DNA of 59,198 nt, the filler included, from Nitrospinae bacterium RIFCSPLOWO2_12_FULL_45_22 (GTDB lineage: Bacteria; 2-12-FULL-45-22): assembly GCA_001803565.1 (NCBI GenBank). It is 5 parts of 5 records of this genome, joined end to end, with 100 filler letters (N's around TTAATTAATTAA, not from the genome) between each part and the next. Parts side by side here need not be neighbours in the genome. Positions count along the whole stretch, not along the records: positions 38,223 to 51,155 come from MHDQ01000069.1; 4 more parts are not named here. The stretch is one strand, 5' to 3'. The translations under genes were made by a program, and so were the position numbers. Shown here in pieces: positions 39,195-47,426 of the stretch (positions are counted from its first letter, which is position 1; each line of letters opens with the position of its first letter). The notes beneath the pieces were generated by a model. The model saw only the letters and a list, made by a program, of their open reading frames with translations. It did not search any database and was not told the DNA's origin.

Positions 39195-39201
39195 AAACCA
39201 T

Positions 39202-40971
39202 ATGCCCTATGCCTACTTATTTTCTTTTTTGACCGCCTTAGGCTTAGCCCTGGCCCTAACCCCCATCATAAGGCGATTGGCCTTGCGCTGGGGGTATGTG
39301 GATAGGCCTAAAGAGGATCGCTGGCACCGGGAGCAGACGGCCATTTTGGGTGGTGTGGGGATCTATCTTGCCTTTCTGCTGACCACTATATTATTCTTGC
39401 CTATAGCACAAATCCCTACCCTCCAGGGACTGGTGCTCGGGGCAAGCGCCATATTTTTATTGGGCTTATGGGATGACATGAGGGGTATGAAGCCCGTACA
39501 TAAGCTCTTAGGCCAGGGGCTAATAGCTATTATGATGGTAGTACCCTATGGGATAGAGATAACAGCCCTTCCTTATCAGTTTATTGCCATACCGCTGACT
39601 ATCCTGTGGCTGGTAATGATAACCAATGCCTTTAATCTGCTGGATAATATAGATGGACTCTGTGCTGGTGTGGTTTTTATTGCCTCTACTATCTTATCTA
39701 TCCACTCCTATTTGAATGATCTTCATCTGGTAGGGAATCTGGGGGCTATTTTAGCCGGGACGTCCCTGGGCTTCCTCTATTATAATTTCAATCCTGCCAG
39801 GATATTTATGGGGGATTGTGGCAGCATGCTCTTAGGTTTTATCCTGGCAGTAGTAGCAATTATGGGCACCGGTCGGCATGTCTCTAATCTCTTGGTAACC
39901 CTGGCTATCCCAGTCTTGATCCTGGGCCTCCCTATCTTTGATACCCTATTTGTTACCTCTAGCCGCCAGGCCAGAAACCAACCCATTACGCAGGGTGGAA
40001 AAGACCATACCTCCCACCGGCTGGTATTCCTCGGTTTATCCGAGCGGAAGGCCGTCTTATTGCTCTATTTTATCGCTGCCCTATGTGGCGCTATTGCCCT
40101 CTTTTACCACAGATTAGATGCGATCATGGTGAGTGTATTAGGTGCTTTGACCCTGATTATCCTATTTCTATTCGGACTATTTTTGGGTGAAGTAGAGGTC
40201 CATGCTGATAAGAAAGGGGACAACCATTCGCTGGTTCCGAAAATACCCTGGGTCTATCAACGCCGATTTTGGGAATTATTGATGGATATGGTTTTGATAA
40301 TTATATCATTTGTCAGCGCCTATCTTATCCGTTTTGAAGGGGGCATTCCGCCTGAATTTAAACCGGCTCTCCTGAAATCCCTTCCCTTAATTATTATTTT
40401 AAAGCTGGCCTCTTTCTACTATTTCGGTCTATATCGAGGACTCTGGCGCTACATAAGTATCCATGACCTGGTGGCTATCTTCAAAGCAGTATCGCTCGGC
40501 TCTATCCTGTGCGTCTTTAGCATGACTATAATCTTTAGGTTTGAGGATTATTCCCGGGGCGTCTTTGTGATTGATTGGCTCCAGATGATAATCCTGGTCT
40601 CTGCCGTGCGGATATTGCAGCGGGTATGGAAAGAGGCCTTTGCTGCGCTTAGTCAGGGGGAAAAACGGGTATTGATTATGGGTGCCGGTGATGCAGGTGA
40701 GATGGTCTTACGGGAGATCAAGAATAATCGCCATCTGAATTACCAGCCCATAGGTTTTCTGGATGATGATCCTAAGAAGATTGGCTGCCGTATCCATGGC
40801 TTACCTGTCTTAGGGAGCCGCAGAGATATTCCCGTCTTCGTCCCGCAGAAAAGGATTGATGAGATATTAATCGCTATTCCTTCCGTCAGGGAATACGATT
40901 TAGAAGAGATAATAGGTTACTGTACCAAGAGCGGTGCTGGTTACCGGGTCATAGCCGGCATAATTGGGTAA
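39202..40971 (+). CDS. WecA/MraY-family phosphoglycosyltransferase fused to a PglF/CapD-like membrane + Rossmann region
   Basis: GLWDD, NAFNLLDNIDGL, YNFNPARIFMGDCGS, DHTSHRL; then GLYRGLWRY.S..D, GAGDAG and GFLDDD. Confidence 0.85.
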   Translation: MPYAYLFSFLTALGLALALTPIIRRLALRWGYVDRPKEDRWHREQTAILGGVGIYLAFLLTTILFLPIAQIPTLQGLVLGASAIFLLGLWDDMRGMKPVHKLLGQGLIAIMMVVPYGIEITALPYQFIAIPLTILWLVMITNAFNLLDNIDGLCAGVVFIASTILSIHSYLNDLHLVGNLGAILAGTSLGFLYYNFNPARIFMGDCGSMLLGFILAVVAIMGTGRHVSNLLVTLAIPVLILGLPIFDTLFVTSSRQARNQPITQGGKDHTSHRLVFLGLSERKAVLLLYFIAALCGAIALFYHRLDAIMVSVLGALTLIILFLFGLFLGEVEVHADKKGDNHSLVPKIPWVYQRRFWELLMDMVLIIISFVSAYLIRFEGGIPPEFKPALLKSLPLIIILKLASFYYFGLYRGLWRYISIHDLVAIFKAVSLGSILCVFSMTIIFRFEDYSRGVFVIDWLQMIILVSAVRILQRVWKEAFAALSQGEKRVLIMGAGDAGEMVLREIKNNRHLNYQPIGFLDDDPKKIGCRIHGLPVLGSRRDIPVFVPQKRIDEILIAIPSVREYDLEEIIGYCTKSGAGYRVIAGIIG

Positions 40972-41061
40972 TAGGTCATTAGGTAGGGGAAGGATTCATT
41001 TCCCAATAGACGGAAATTTACACGAGATCCCAGAGGTGTACGTTATGAAGTGGACTGTTCC

Positions 41062-42231
41062 TTATATTTTCAGGATATTTATGGTGACGGAGGAGACTTC
41101 GGCTAGCTCCAGGCTCTCCTGGAAGCCACCAGCGCAATGGGTAAGACCTATGCGGGCACCGGCTACTTGCCGTTCACCAGCTTGCTGCCGGAGTTGCCAG
41201 ACTATCTCGGCTATCTGGGCAATACCGGTAGCACCCAGGGGATGCCCTTTGGATAATAGCCCACCACTGGTATTAACCGCTACTTTACCACCGATCTGAC
41301 TGTGTCCTTCAGCAATAAATCTACCACCCTCACCTTTAACACAGAAGCCCAGGTCTTCATAATGGACGATCTCGGCCGGGGTAAAGCAGTCATGCACCTC
41401 AGCAACATCAATATCTTGCGGGCCGATCCCTGCCCGCTCATAGGCTTCCTGAGCGCCTTTGACGGTTGCACCCAGTGAGGTTATCTCCCGCCCTTGCTTA
41501 TATTCCCCGGAACGTAGGACTGATGCGGCTACAGTGATGGGTTTAGAGGAGTATTTTTTCGCTATCTTTTTACTGGCCAGGATAGCAGCAGCCCCACCAT
41601 CACCCGTCGGGCAACAACTGAGCAAGGTTAAGGGCTCGACTATTACTGGGGCATGCAAGACCTCTTCAATGGTTACTTCTTTACGGTACTGAGCCCGGGG
41701 GTTGTAGCAGGCATTCTTGCGGTTCTTTACCGCTACCATGGCCAGTTGCTCACGGGTAGTGCCAAAGTCGTACATATGGCGCATAGCCATCTGGGCAAAA
41801 AAGGTTGGGGGTGAAAAGCCCATAGCGGTCAATAGCTCTACACCGTCCGAGGTCAGTGGTTTACCCTTGGTGGCCCGGGCCGTAAGCTGCTCTACACCAA
41901 TAGCCAGCACCAGGTCATATAGGCCAGAGGCAACGGCTAACCAGGCATCCCGAAAGGCCGTGGAGCCACTGGCACAGAAGTTACCTACGCTAGAGATAGG
42001 TATGCCTGAGATGCCCAGTTCCCAGAGGATAGATTGGCCTACACCACACTCGCGGCCCAGGAGCCTACCGGTACGGGCATGGCCACAATAAGCCGCCTCG
42101 ATAGCCGTAGGAGGAATATTGGCATCTTTGATGGCTTCCCAGCAGGATTCGCGGCCTAGCGCTAAGATACTTTTATCTGGAAACTTACCAAATGGGGTCA
42201 TCCCCACACCAATAACATATGCTTCACGCAT
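41062..42231 (-). CDS. Thiolase family protein (SCP2/SCP-x type)
   Basis: GVGMTPFG, N.CASGS, DGGAA, AEVHDCF and SGGLLSKGHPLGATG. Confidence 0.92.
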   Translation of the reverse strand: MREAYVIGVGMTPFGKFPDKSILALGRESCWEAIKDANIPPTAIEAAYCGHARTGRLLGRECGVGQSILWELGISGIPISSVGNFCASGSTAFRDAWLAVASGLYDLVLAIGVEQLTARATKGKPLTSDGVELLTAMGFSPPTFFAQMAMRHMYDFGTTREQLAMVAVKNRKNACYNPRAQYRKEVTIEEVLHAPVIVEPLTLLSCCPTGDGGAAAILASKKIAKKYSSKPITVAASVLRSGEYKQGREITSLGATVKGAQEAYERAGIGPQDIDVAEVHDCFTPAEIVHYEDLGFCVKGEGGRFIAEGHSQIGGKVAVNTSGGLLSKGHPLGATGIAQIAEIVWQLRQQAGERQVAGARIGLTHCAGGFQESLELAEVSSVTINILKI

Positions 42232-42313
42232 TGTTCTATCCCTCGCTATGTTTTAATATCTTAATAAGCACTCGTCGCAGAAGCACAGGGAGCTGTGGTT
42301 CACGCTGAATAAG

Positions 42314-42781
42314 TCACAGCAGATTAAACTTTTTCAGGGCCTCTGCTACCCTACTATCCGCTTTTGCTATCTCCCGCAGAGAATTGATAAGGCTCTTTAA
42401 CCCCTTCTCATCCATCTCTTCTATCTTTTCCTCTAGCTCCTTCGTCTTAGCTTCAAAGGGCCTGATCATCGTCCTCCGGTCCCAGATAGCAAAGCCTATG
42501 GTAAAGACCGTCAAAGCAGTAAATATCCCGCTAATGATCCAGAGAAAGGTAAATAGCTGCTCGAACCTTTTATCTACCGAGTCCTTAAATTCTCCAAACC
42601 TTTTATCTACCTGCTCGAACCTTTTATCTACCGAGTCCTTAAATTCCTTAAGGGTAGCCTCCAGCCTTATAAGCCGGTCTCTATCCTGCAGGGTAAAGGG
42701 TACCTCTTGTGCCCATATCGGACTACTCATACCCATAAGCCAGAAGAAAAGAAATACTTTGGTAAACGTTCTTAGCGCCAT
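42314..42781 (-). CDS. Hypothetical coiled-coil membrane protein with internal repeats
   Basis: Signal-like N-terminus, EFKDSVDKRFEQ twice (54-bp period), TM, WDRRT..RP. Confidence 0.8.
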   Translation of the reverse strand: MALRTFTKVFLFFWLMGMSSPIWAQEVPFTLQDRDRLIRLEATLKEFKDSVDKRFEQVDKRFGEFKDSVDKRFEQLFTFLWIISGIFTALTVFTIGFAIWDRRTMIRPFEAKTKELEEKIEEMDEKGLKSLINSLREIAKADSRVAEALKKFNLL

Positions 42782-42799
42782 CTTGACCTATCCTATTTT

Positions 42800-42957
42800 G
42801 TAACAGTTCACGGGGATCAGTTGCCAGGGTTCAGGAAAATACTTTAAATTTCAAGAATTATCGATATTTGGAGGTTGTGATAGGGTTTAATAGCACTCTA
42901 GAGGTCTTTGAAAAAAGCCCCTCTGACAACTGATCCCTGACCCCTGTGAACTGTTAC
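42800..42957. mobile_element. IS66-like MITE with heptamer arms and a possible four-helix gene relic
   Basis: Perfect 12-bp TIR GTAACAGTTCAC / GTGAACTGTTAC with GGGATCAGTTG / CAACTGATCCC arms; no 8-bp duplication. Confidence 0.8.
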
Positions 42958-42988
42958 GTTTTAAGTATAGTCAACTGTTACCAATGCC

Positions 42989-43408
42989 TTATATGGGACA
43001 GAATTTATAGCCCAGGATATTACGCCCTTCAGGGTCTTGTCTGATGGGCTCGATAACCAGTTCTAACTCCATACCTATACGTAGCGCTGAAGGCTCAATG
43101 CCCGTGATAAGGGCATAGACCCGCGGGCCTTCAGGCAAGTCTACATAGCCTAACACATAGGGTGCAGTGAACCCCTCGGGGGCCACCTGAACTATACAAT
43201 AGGTGTATAACGTGCCTTTGTTGCTCAGCCGTATCTCTTCCATAGTCCCATCCTTATGGCAATGGGGACAGAGATAGCGTTTAGGGAAGAAATATGCCTG
43301 GCAAGCAGAACACCTGCTACCCAATAGTCTGGGAGCTTCTCCCGGTAGAGCCGGGTAAGTAAAAAGCCCTTCTTTTAACAAAACGGATTCTTTCGGATCA
43401 TCAACCAT
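42989..43408 (-). CDS. Zn-ribbon OB-fold protein (DUF35), thiolase partner
   Basis: C..C...FFP....CP.C, G.LYTY and PY..G.VDL.EG. Confidence 0.9.
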   Translation of the reverse strand: MVDDPKESVLLKEGLFTYPALPGEAPRLLGSRCSACQAYFFPKRYLCPHCHKDGTMEEIRLSNKGTLYTYCIVQVAPEGFTAPYVLGYVDLPEGPRVYALITGIEPSALRIGMELELVIEPIRQDPEGRNILGYKFCPI

Positions 43409-44144
43409 AACGCCCTCCGGTTACATGAAGCACATCCCCGGTAATATAGCCTGCTTCATCGGAAGCCAGGAAGAGTATTGCATTAGCAATATCTATTGGC
43501 TCGCCTAATCTGCCCAGGGGAGTGCTCTGGATAGCCCGTTCAGCCACCTTTTCGTAATGAGCCAGGGTAATAACCCCTGGGGTTTTGATCAAACCTGGGG
43601 CAATAGCATTGACCGTGATATTGTACCTCCCTAGCTCCATAGCTAGCGACCTGGTTAAGCCCAGGATACCGGCTTTAGAAGAAGAATAGTTGGCCTGGCC
43701 CGGGTTACCCATATAGGCCCGGGAAGAGAGGTTGATGATCCGGCCATATTTCTGCTCTATCATATACTTGGCGGCAAACTGGGCACAGTTGAATGCCCCT
43801 TTCAGATTGACGTTGAGTACCATATCCCAGTCTTCCTCGGTCATCTTCCTTATAGAGGTATCGCGGGTTATCCCGGCATTATTGACCAGGATATCTATCC
43901 GGCCAAAGGTCTTTACCGCGGTCTCGATCAGTTCCTCAGCTTCTTTCCGTTGAGAGACATCGGTCTTTACCGCAATAGCCTCGCGGCCCATGGCCTTGAT
44001 CCTGTCGGCGGTTTGTTGGGCCGATGCCAGGTCAATATCAGAAACTACCACCCTGCCCCCCTCTTCTGCCAACCTGATAGCCGATGCCTCTCCTAGACCC
44101 CTCCCCGCTCCAGTTACCACTGCTACTTTGTCTTTTACTCTCAT
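43401..44144 (-). CDS. fabG: Short-chain dehydrogenase (FabG-like 3-oxoacyl reductase)
   Basis: TGAGRGLG, NNAGITRD, GQANYSSSK and VNAIAPG. Confidence 0.85.
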   Translation of the reverse strand: MRVKDKVAVVTGAGRGLGEASAIRLAEEGGRVVVSDIDLASAQQTADRIKAMGREAIAVKTDVSQRKEAEELIETAVKTFGRIDILVNNAGITRDTSIRKMTEEDWDMVLNVNLKGAFNCAQFAAKYMIEQKYGRIINLSSRAYMGNPGQANYSSSKAGILGLTRSLAMELGRYNITVNAIAPGLIKTPGVITLAHYEKVAERAIQSTPLGRLGEPIDIANAILFLASDEAGYITGDVLHVTGGRYG

Positions 44145-44159
44145 GGCCCTTTTCCTCCT

Positions 44160-44609
44160 TTACCTTCTAGCGATCATCATCGTAGTCTCTCCCTGTTGCA
44201 CCACCTCTCCCCGCTGATTCATCACGGTCCTTTCTAATACAATAATACCGCGATCTGGCTTTTTAGTCTCCTTCTTCTCTATGAGTTTGACCTTTACAGA
44301 GATAGTATCACCCATCTTTATCGGCCCGGCAAATTTCCAATTCAGGCTCAGGAAGGCCATCAGGGATTTTTGGATCCGTTGCATAAACTCCGTCCGGGTA
44401 AACAGTCCTGAGGCAATAGCCAGGCCCAGGAGGCCATGGGCTATCCGGCCCTGGAAGATGGTGGTCTTGGCAAACTCTTCGTTGGTATGAAGGGCGTTAT
44501 AGTCGCCCGATAAGCCCGCAAAGGTCACGATATCGGCCTCTGTGACAGTGCGGGCCGGGGTGGTACATTCAAAGCCTACATCCAGGTCTTCATAATACCA
44601 GTCAGTCAT
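44160..44609 (-). CDS. MaoC family dehydratase
   Basis: RTVTEADI..FAGLSGDYN.LH...RIAHG. Confidence 0.92.
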   Translation of the reverse strand: MTDWYYEDLDVGFECTTPARTVTEADIVTFAGLSGDYNALHTNEEFAKTTIFQGRIAHGLLGLAIASGLFTRTEFMQRIQKSLMAFLSLNWKFAGPIKMGDTISVKVKLIEKKETKKPDRGIIVLERTVMNQRGEVVQQGETTMMIARR

Positions 44610-45286
44610 TTATCAGACCCCCTTTCCATTAGTGGTTCCCTACTCCCGGCCTTTACTCTACCCTCTTTCAGGGCTTCCACCAATTCTCTTTCGCAACTTA
44701 CCCCATCATCAAAGATAGTAAAAAATTTCCCTACATCTTTGGCACAATGAGCATCGCTACCACCGGTAGCTACCAGATTTAGCTCTCTACTCACTTCTAA
44801 GGCCATAAGGTTTTGTATATCCAGGTCATTGCCATTATATGTCTCCATACCATCTACCCAGCGCAGGAGGATCCTGGAGCAGACTTCCTGGATTTTTTTA
44901 TAAAATATCTCGGTCCGGTAACTGTCCTGGGATAAGAAGACGCTCCGTAAGGGATGAGCAGCTATTATAGCCCCACCTATTTGGTTGACAATGCCCCTGA
45001 TCTTTCTTACCGAGATGACCTCCCGAATCTCTTCGAGGAGCTCAGGAATATGTTCAGAAAATAGGAGTATATCGCCCTCCAGGGTAACCATCTCTACCCC
45101 CTGGAGAACCGTGATGCCGTATCTCTGGGATAAGTCCTGGATAAAGGTAGGGTCATGGACTTTATTATGCTCTGTCAGGCATACTCCATCCAGACCTATC
45201 TCTTTGACCCTCTGCACCAGTTCCTCTGGCGGCATAATGCTGCACGTAGAGGCTGGCCGGGTATGGGTATGCAAATCAATAATCAT
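44606..45286 (-). CDS. PHP domain metallophosphoesterase
   Basis: DLHTHT, TEH, AHP and GGSDAH. Confidence 0.9.
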   Translation of the reverse strand: MIIDLHTHTRPASTCSIMPPEELVQRVKEIGLDGVCLTEHNKVHDPTFIQDLSQRYGITVLQGVEMVTLEGDILLFSEHIPELLEEIREVISVRKIRGIVNQIGGAIIAAHPLRSVFLSQDSYRTEIFYKKIQEVCSRILLRWVDGMETYNGNDLDIQNLMALEVSRELNLVATGGSDAHCAKDVGKFFTIFDDGVSCERELVEALKEGRVKAGSREPLMERGSDK

Positions 45287-45298
45287 TATATCAAAATA

Positions 45299-45541
45299 TC
45301 AGGAGCGGGGGAAGAACTGTTGTTTTTCTCTGTTGCTCAGGGTAGGGTCATGCAAGATATCGCGGGCACCATATCTCCTATCAAATAGGTATACGCCGGC
45401 TTTTTTCGAGCCATGAGAGAGGGATATCTTACGATAGGCTTCACTGGCGCATAATTTACAAGTCGGTAAAACGGGATCATCTATCCGCTGGATAGCTTCA
45501 AACTCATGACCATTATCACAATAATATTCATAAATAGGCAT
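45299..45541 (-). CDS. FmdB family zinc-ribbon protein
   Basis: MPIYEY.C..GH.FE...C..C. Confidence 0.85.
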   Translation of the reverse strand: MPIYEYYCDNGHEFEAIQRIDDPVLPTCKLCASEAYRKISLSHGSKKAGVYLFDRRYGARDILHDPTLSNREKQQFFPRS

Positions 45542-45544
45542 TTT

Positions 45545-45901
45545 TTATTTTTTCTCCATCCTATCTCTAAGCAGGGACCTTATTACATCGCTCCGTCTAC
45601 CGATGCTTTTATCGGACTTCTTGATCTCTAGCACGATTTCATCTGGTTCTATCTCCTCCAGTATCTCCAGATACCAGGGATTATCTGGCCGTTCTTCTGG
45701 CTTATGACCTGCCCGGCCATAGAACCATAGGATATCACTATCTGGCAAGTCCTCCTTGCTACGTCGGAGGACAGCTTTTATCCTCTTTTCTTCAAAGGTA
45801 TCGGCATCCCTGACCTGAAGCTCTATCGGTATGCCTTCCGGTGGGTCTTCATCCTTCACACCCCACCCCTTTCCCTTAATTAGATGATACTCTTTCGCCA
45901 T
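45545..45901 (-). CDS. Small protein resembling the phenylphosphate carboxylase gamma subunit
   Basis: PEG..IEL.VR...R.KA......LPD pattern recalled from the Ppc small subunit; directly downstream of UbiD. Confidence 0.55.
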   Translation of the reverse strand: MAKEYHLIKGKGWGVKDEDPPEGIPIELQVRDADTFEEKRIKAVLRRSKEDLPDSDILWFYGRAGHKPEERPDNPWYLEILEEIEPDEIVLEIKKSDKSIGRRSDVIRSLLRDRMEKK

Positions 45902-45917
45902 TTTGTCTTCTCCCCTT

Positions 45918-47408
45918 TCAAGAATCTAGACCATACTCCTTCCATCTTCTGGTGATAAGCTCTTCCGTTTCAGGAGTAATATCGGTAGCCAACGGGGGAT
46001 AGATATCACCACCATATTGCTCTTGCCGCTCCAGTTCCCAGTTTTTTGTGGCATCAATAAGCATCCGGGTCCATTTTCCCTGACCATATTTAAAGATATT
46101 CCTTTGCTCCAAAGGAACACTAGGGTCCAACATAGAACCTATTGTGCCAGGAAATAATATTACGTCACCCATGCCAGCATTGACCCGGTAAGCCATGGCC
46201 CACTCCAGGGCCTCCTCGTCGAATATATCTATATCCTCATCTACGACAATTAGGTGCTTGGCAGCATAGTTGCACAGGGAGGAACTCCAGAGGGCATTAG
46301 CTACTTGTTTAGCATGTCCCCGATACATTTTATGTATTTGTACCCGCATGTTAGTGCTGCAGGTTACTGGATTGGCCCATACTCCAAGAACACCGGGTAC
46401 GCCAACCAGGTTCAAAAAATTCCAGGCCACCGCACAAAACCCTGCAGCAGCATAATGGGCACTTTCAGCCCATCTATGAGGGCTGGTCCCTTCCAAGCTC
46501 CCCATAAATATCGGGTCATCACGGTGGGTAATACATTCTACCTTGATCCTGGGCTTAGGGGATCTCATCCCGCCATAGTATCCCGGATATTCACCAAAGG
46601 GTCCCTCCATTTCATAGGTATTGGGATCCGCAGAGATATATCCTTCAATAACCATCTCTGCCTTTGCTGGGATCAGAAGGTTTGAGGTCTCACATCTCAC
46701 CAGCTCTACTGGCTCTTGCCTCAATGCCCCGGTTATTTCATATTCAGAGTATCCCTTGTGCTGGTGGGGGGTTGAGGCATTGATGAACAGGGTTGGATCC
46801 CCTCCATATACCACTGCTACCGGCATGTCCTCCCCCCGCTCCCTATATTTAGCAAAATGTATTCCCCAATGCTGCGAAGCGGCCAATAAAACGGGTATAG
46901 TGCTTTTGCTTCCCAGCATCCCTCTATAGAGGCCGATATTGTGTTCTCCGGTATCGCGGTCCATGGTTACTACACCACAAAAGGTATTAAAATACCTTCC
47001 ACCATCCAGATGATGCCATTTAGGGGTAGGAAATTGATAGAGGTCTACTTCATCACCTTTTACGATTTTCTCCTTTACGGGCCCACTTTTTACTATAACA
47101 TTGCTGATGGGCTTGGAGAATCGTTCTTTCATTACCCTGACAATCTCTCTATAGGGTGTATCTTTAGGGAGGCCCAAAGCCAATGCCAGCCGCCTACGGG
47201 AACCAAGCCCATTAGTAAAAAGTCTGGTACATTTAGTATTATTATGATCCTTTATATTTTCAAACAATAAGGCTGGGCCTTCTTGGCCGAGTACTTTCCT
47301 GGTTATGGCCCCGATCTCAAGTTCCCAGTCCACTTCGGCCTCTATTCTCTTGAATTCACCCTCTACTTCCAGCCTTTCAATCCACTCTCTCAAATCATTA
47401 AAGGCCAT
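45918..47408 (-). CDS. UbiD family prFMN-dependent (de)carboxylase
   Basis: DLREWI..LE..G, GPALLFENIK, DGGRY, N.GLYR, EGPFGEYPGYY and VVDEDID. Confidence 0.95.
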   Translation of the reverse strand: MAFNDLREWIERLEVEGEFKRIEAEVDWELEIGAITRKVLGQEGPALLFENIKDHNNTKCTRLFTNGLGSRRRLALALGLPKDTPYREIVRVMKERFSKPISNVIVKSGPVKEKIVKGDEVDLYQFPTPKWHHLDGGRYFNTFCGVVTMDRDTGEHNIGLYRGMLGSKSTIPVLLAASQHWGIHFAKYRERGEDMPVAVVYGGDPTLFINASTPHQHKGYSEYEITGALRQEPVELVRCETSNLLIPAKAEMVIEGYISADPNTYEMEGPFGEYPGYYGGMRSPKPRIKVECITHRDDPIFMGSLEGTSPHRWAESAHYAAAGFCAVAWNFLNLVGVPGVLGVWANPVTCSTNMRVQIHKMYRGHAKQVANALWSSSLCNYAAKHLIVVDEDIDIFDEEALEWAMAYRVNAGMGDVILFPGTIGSMLDPSVPLEQRNIFKYGQGKWTRMLIDATKNWELERQEQYGGDIYPPLATDITPETEELITRRWKEYGLDS

Positions 47409-47426
47409 TGTCCTTTTTCCTTTTTC

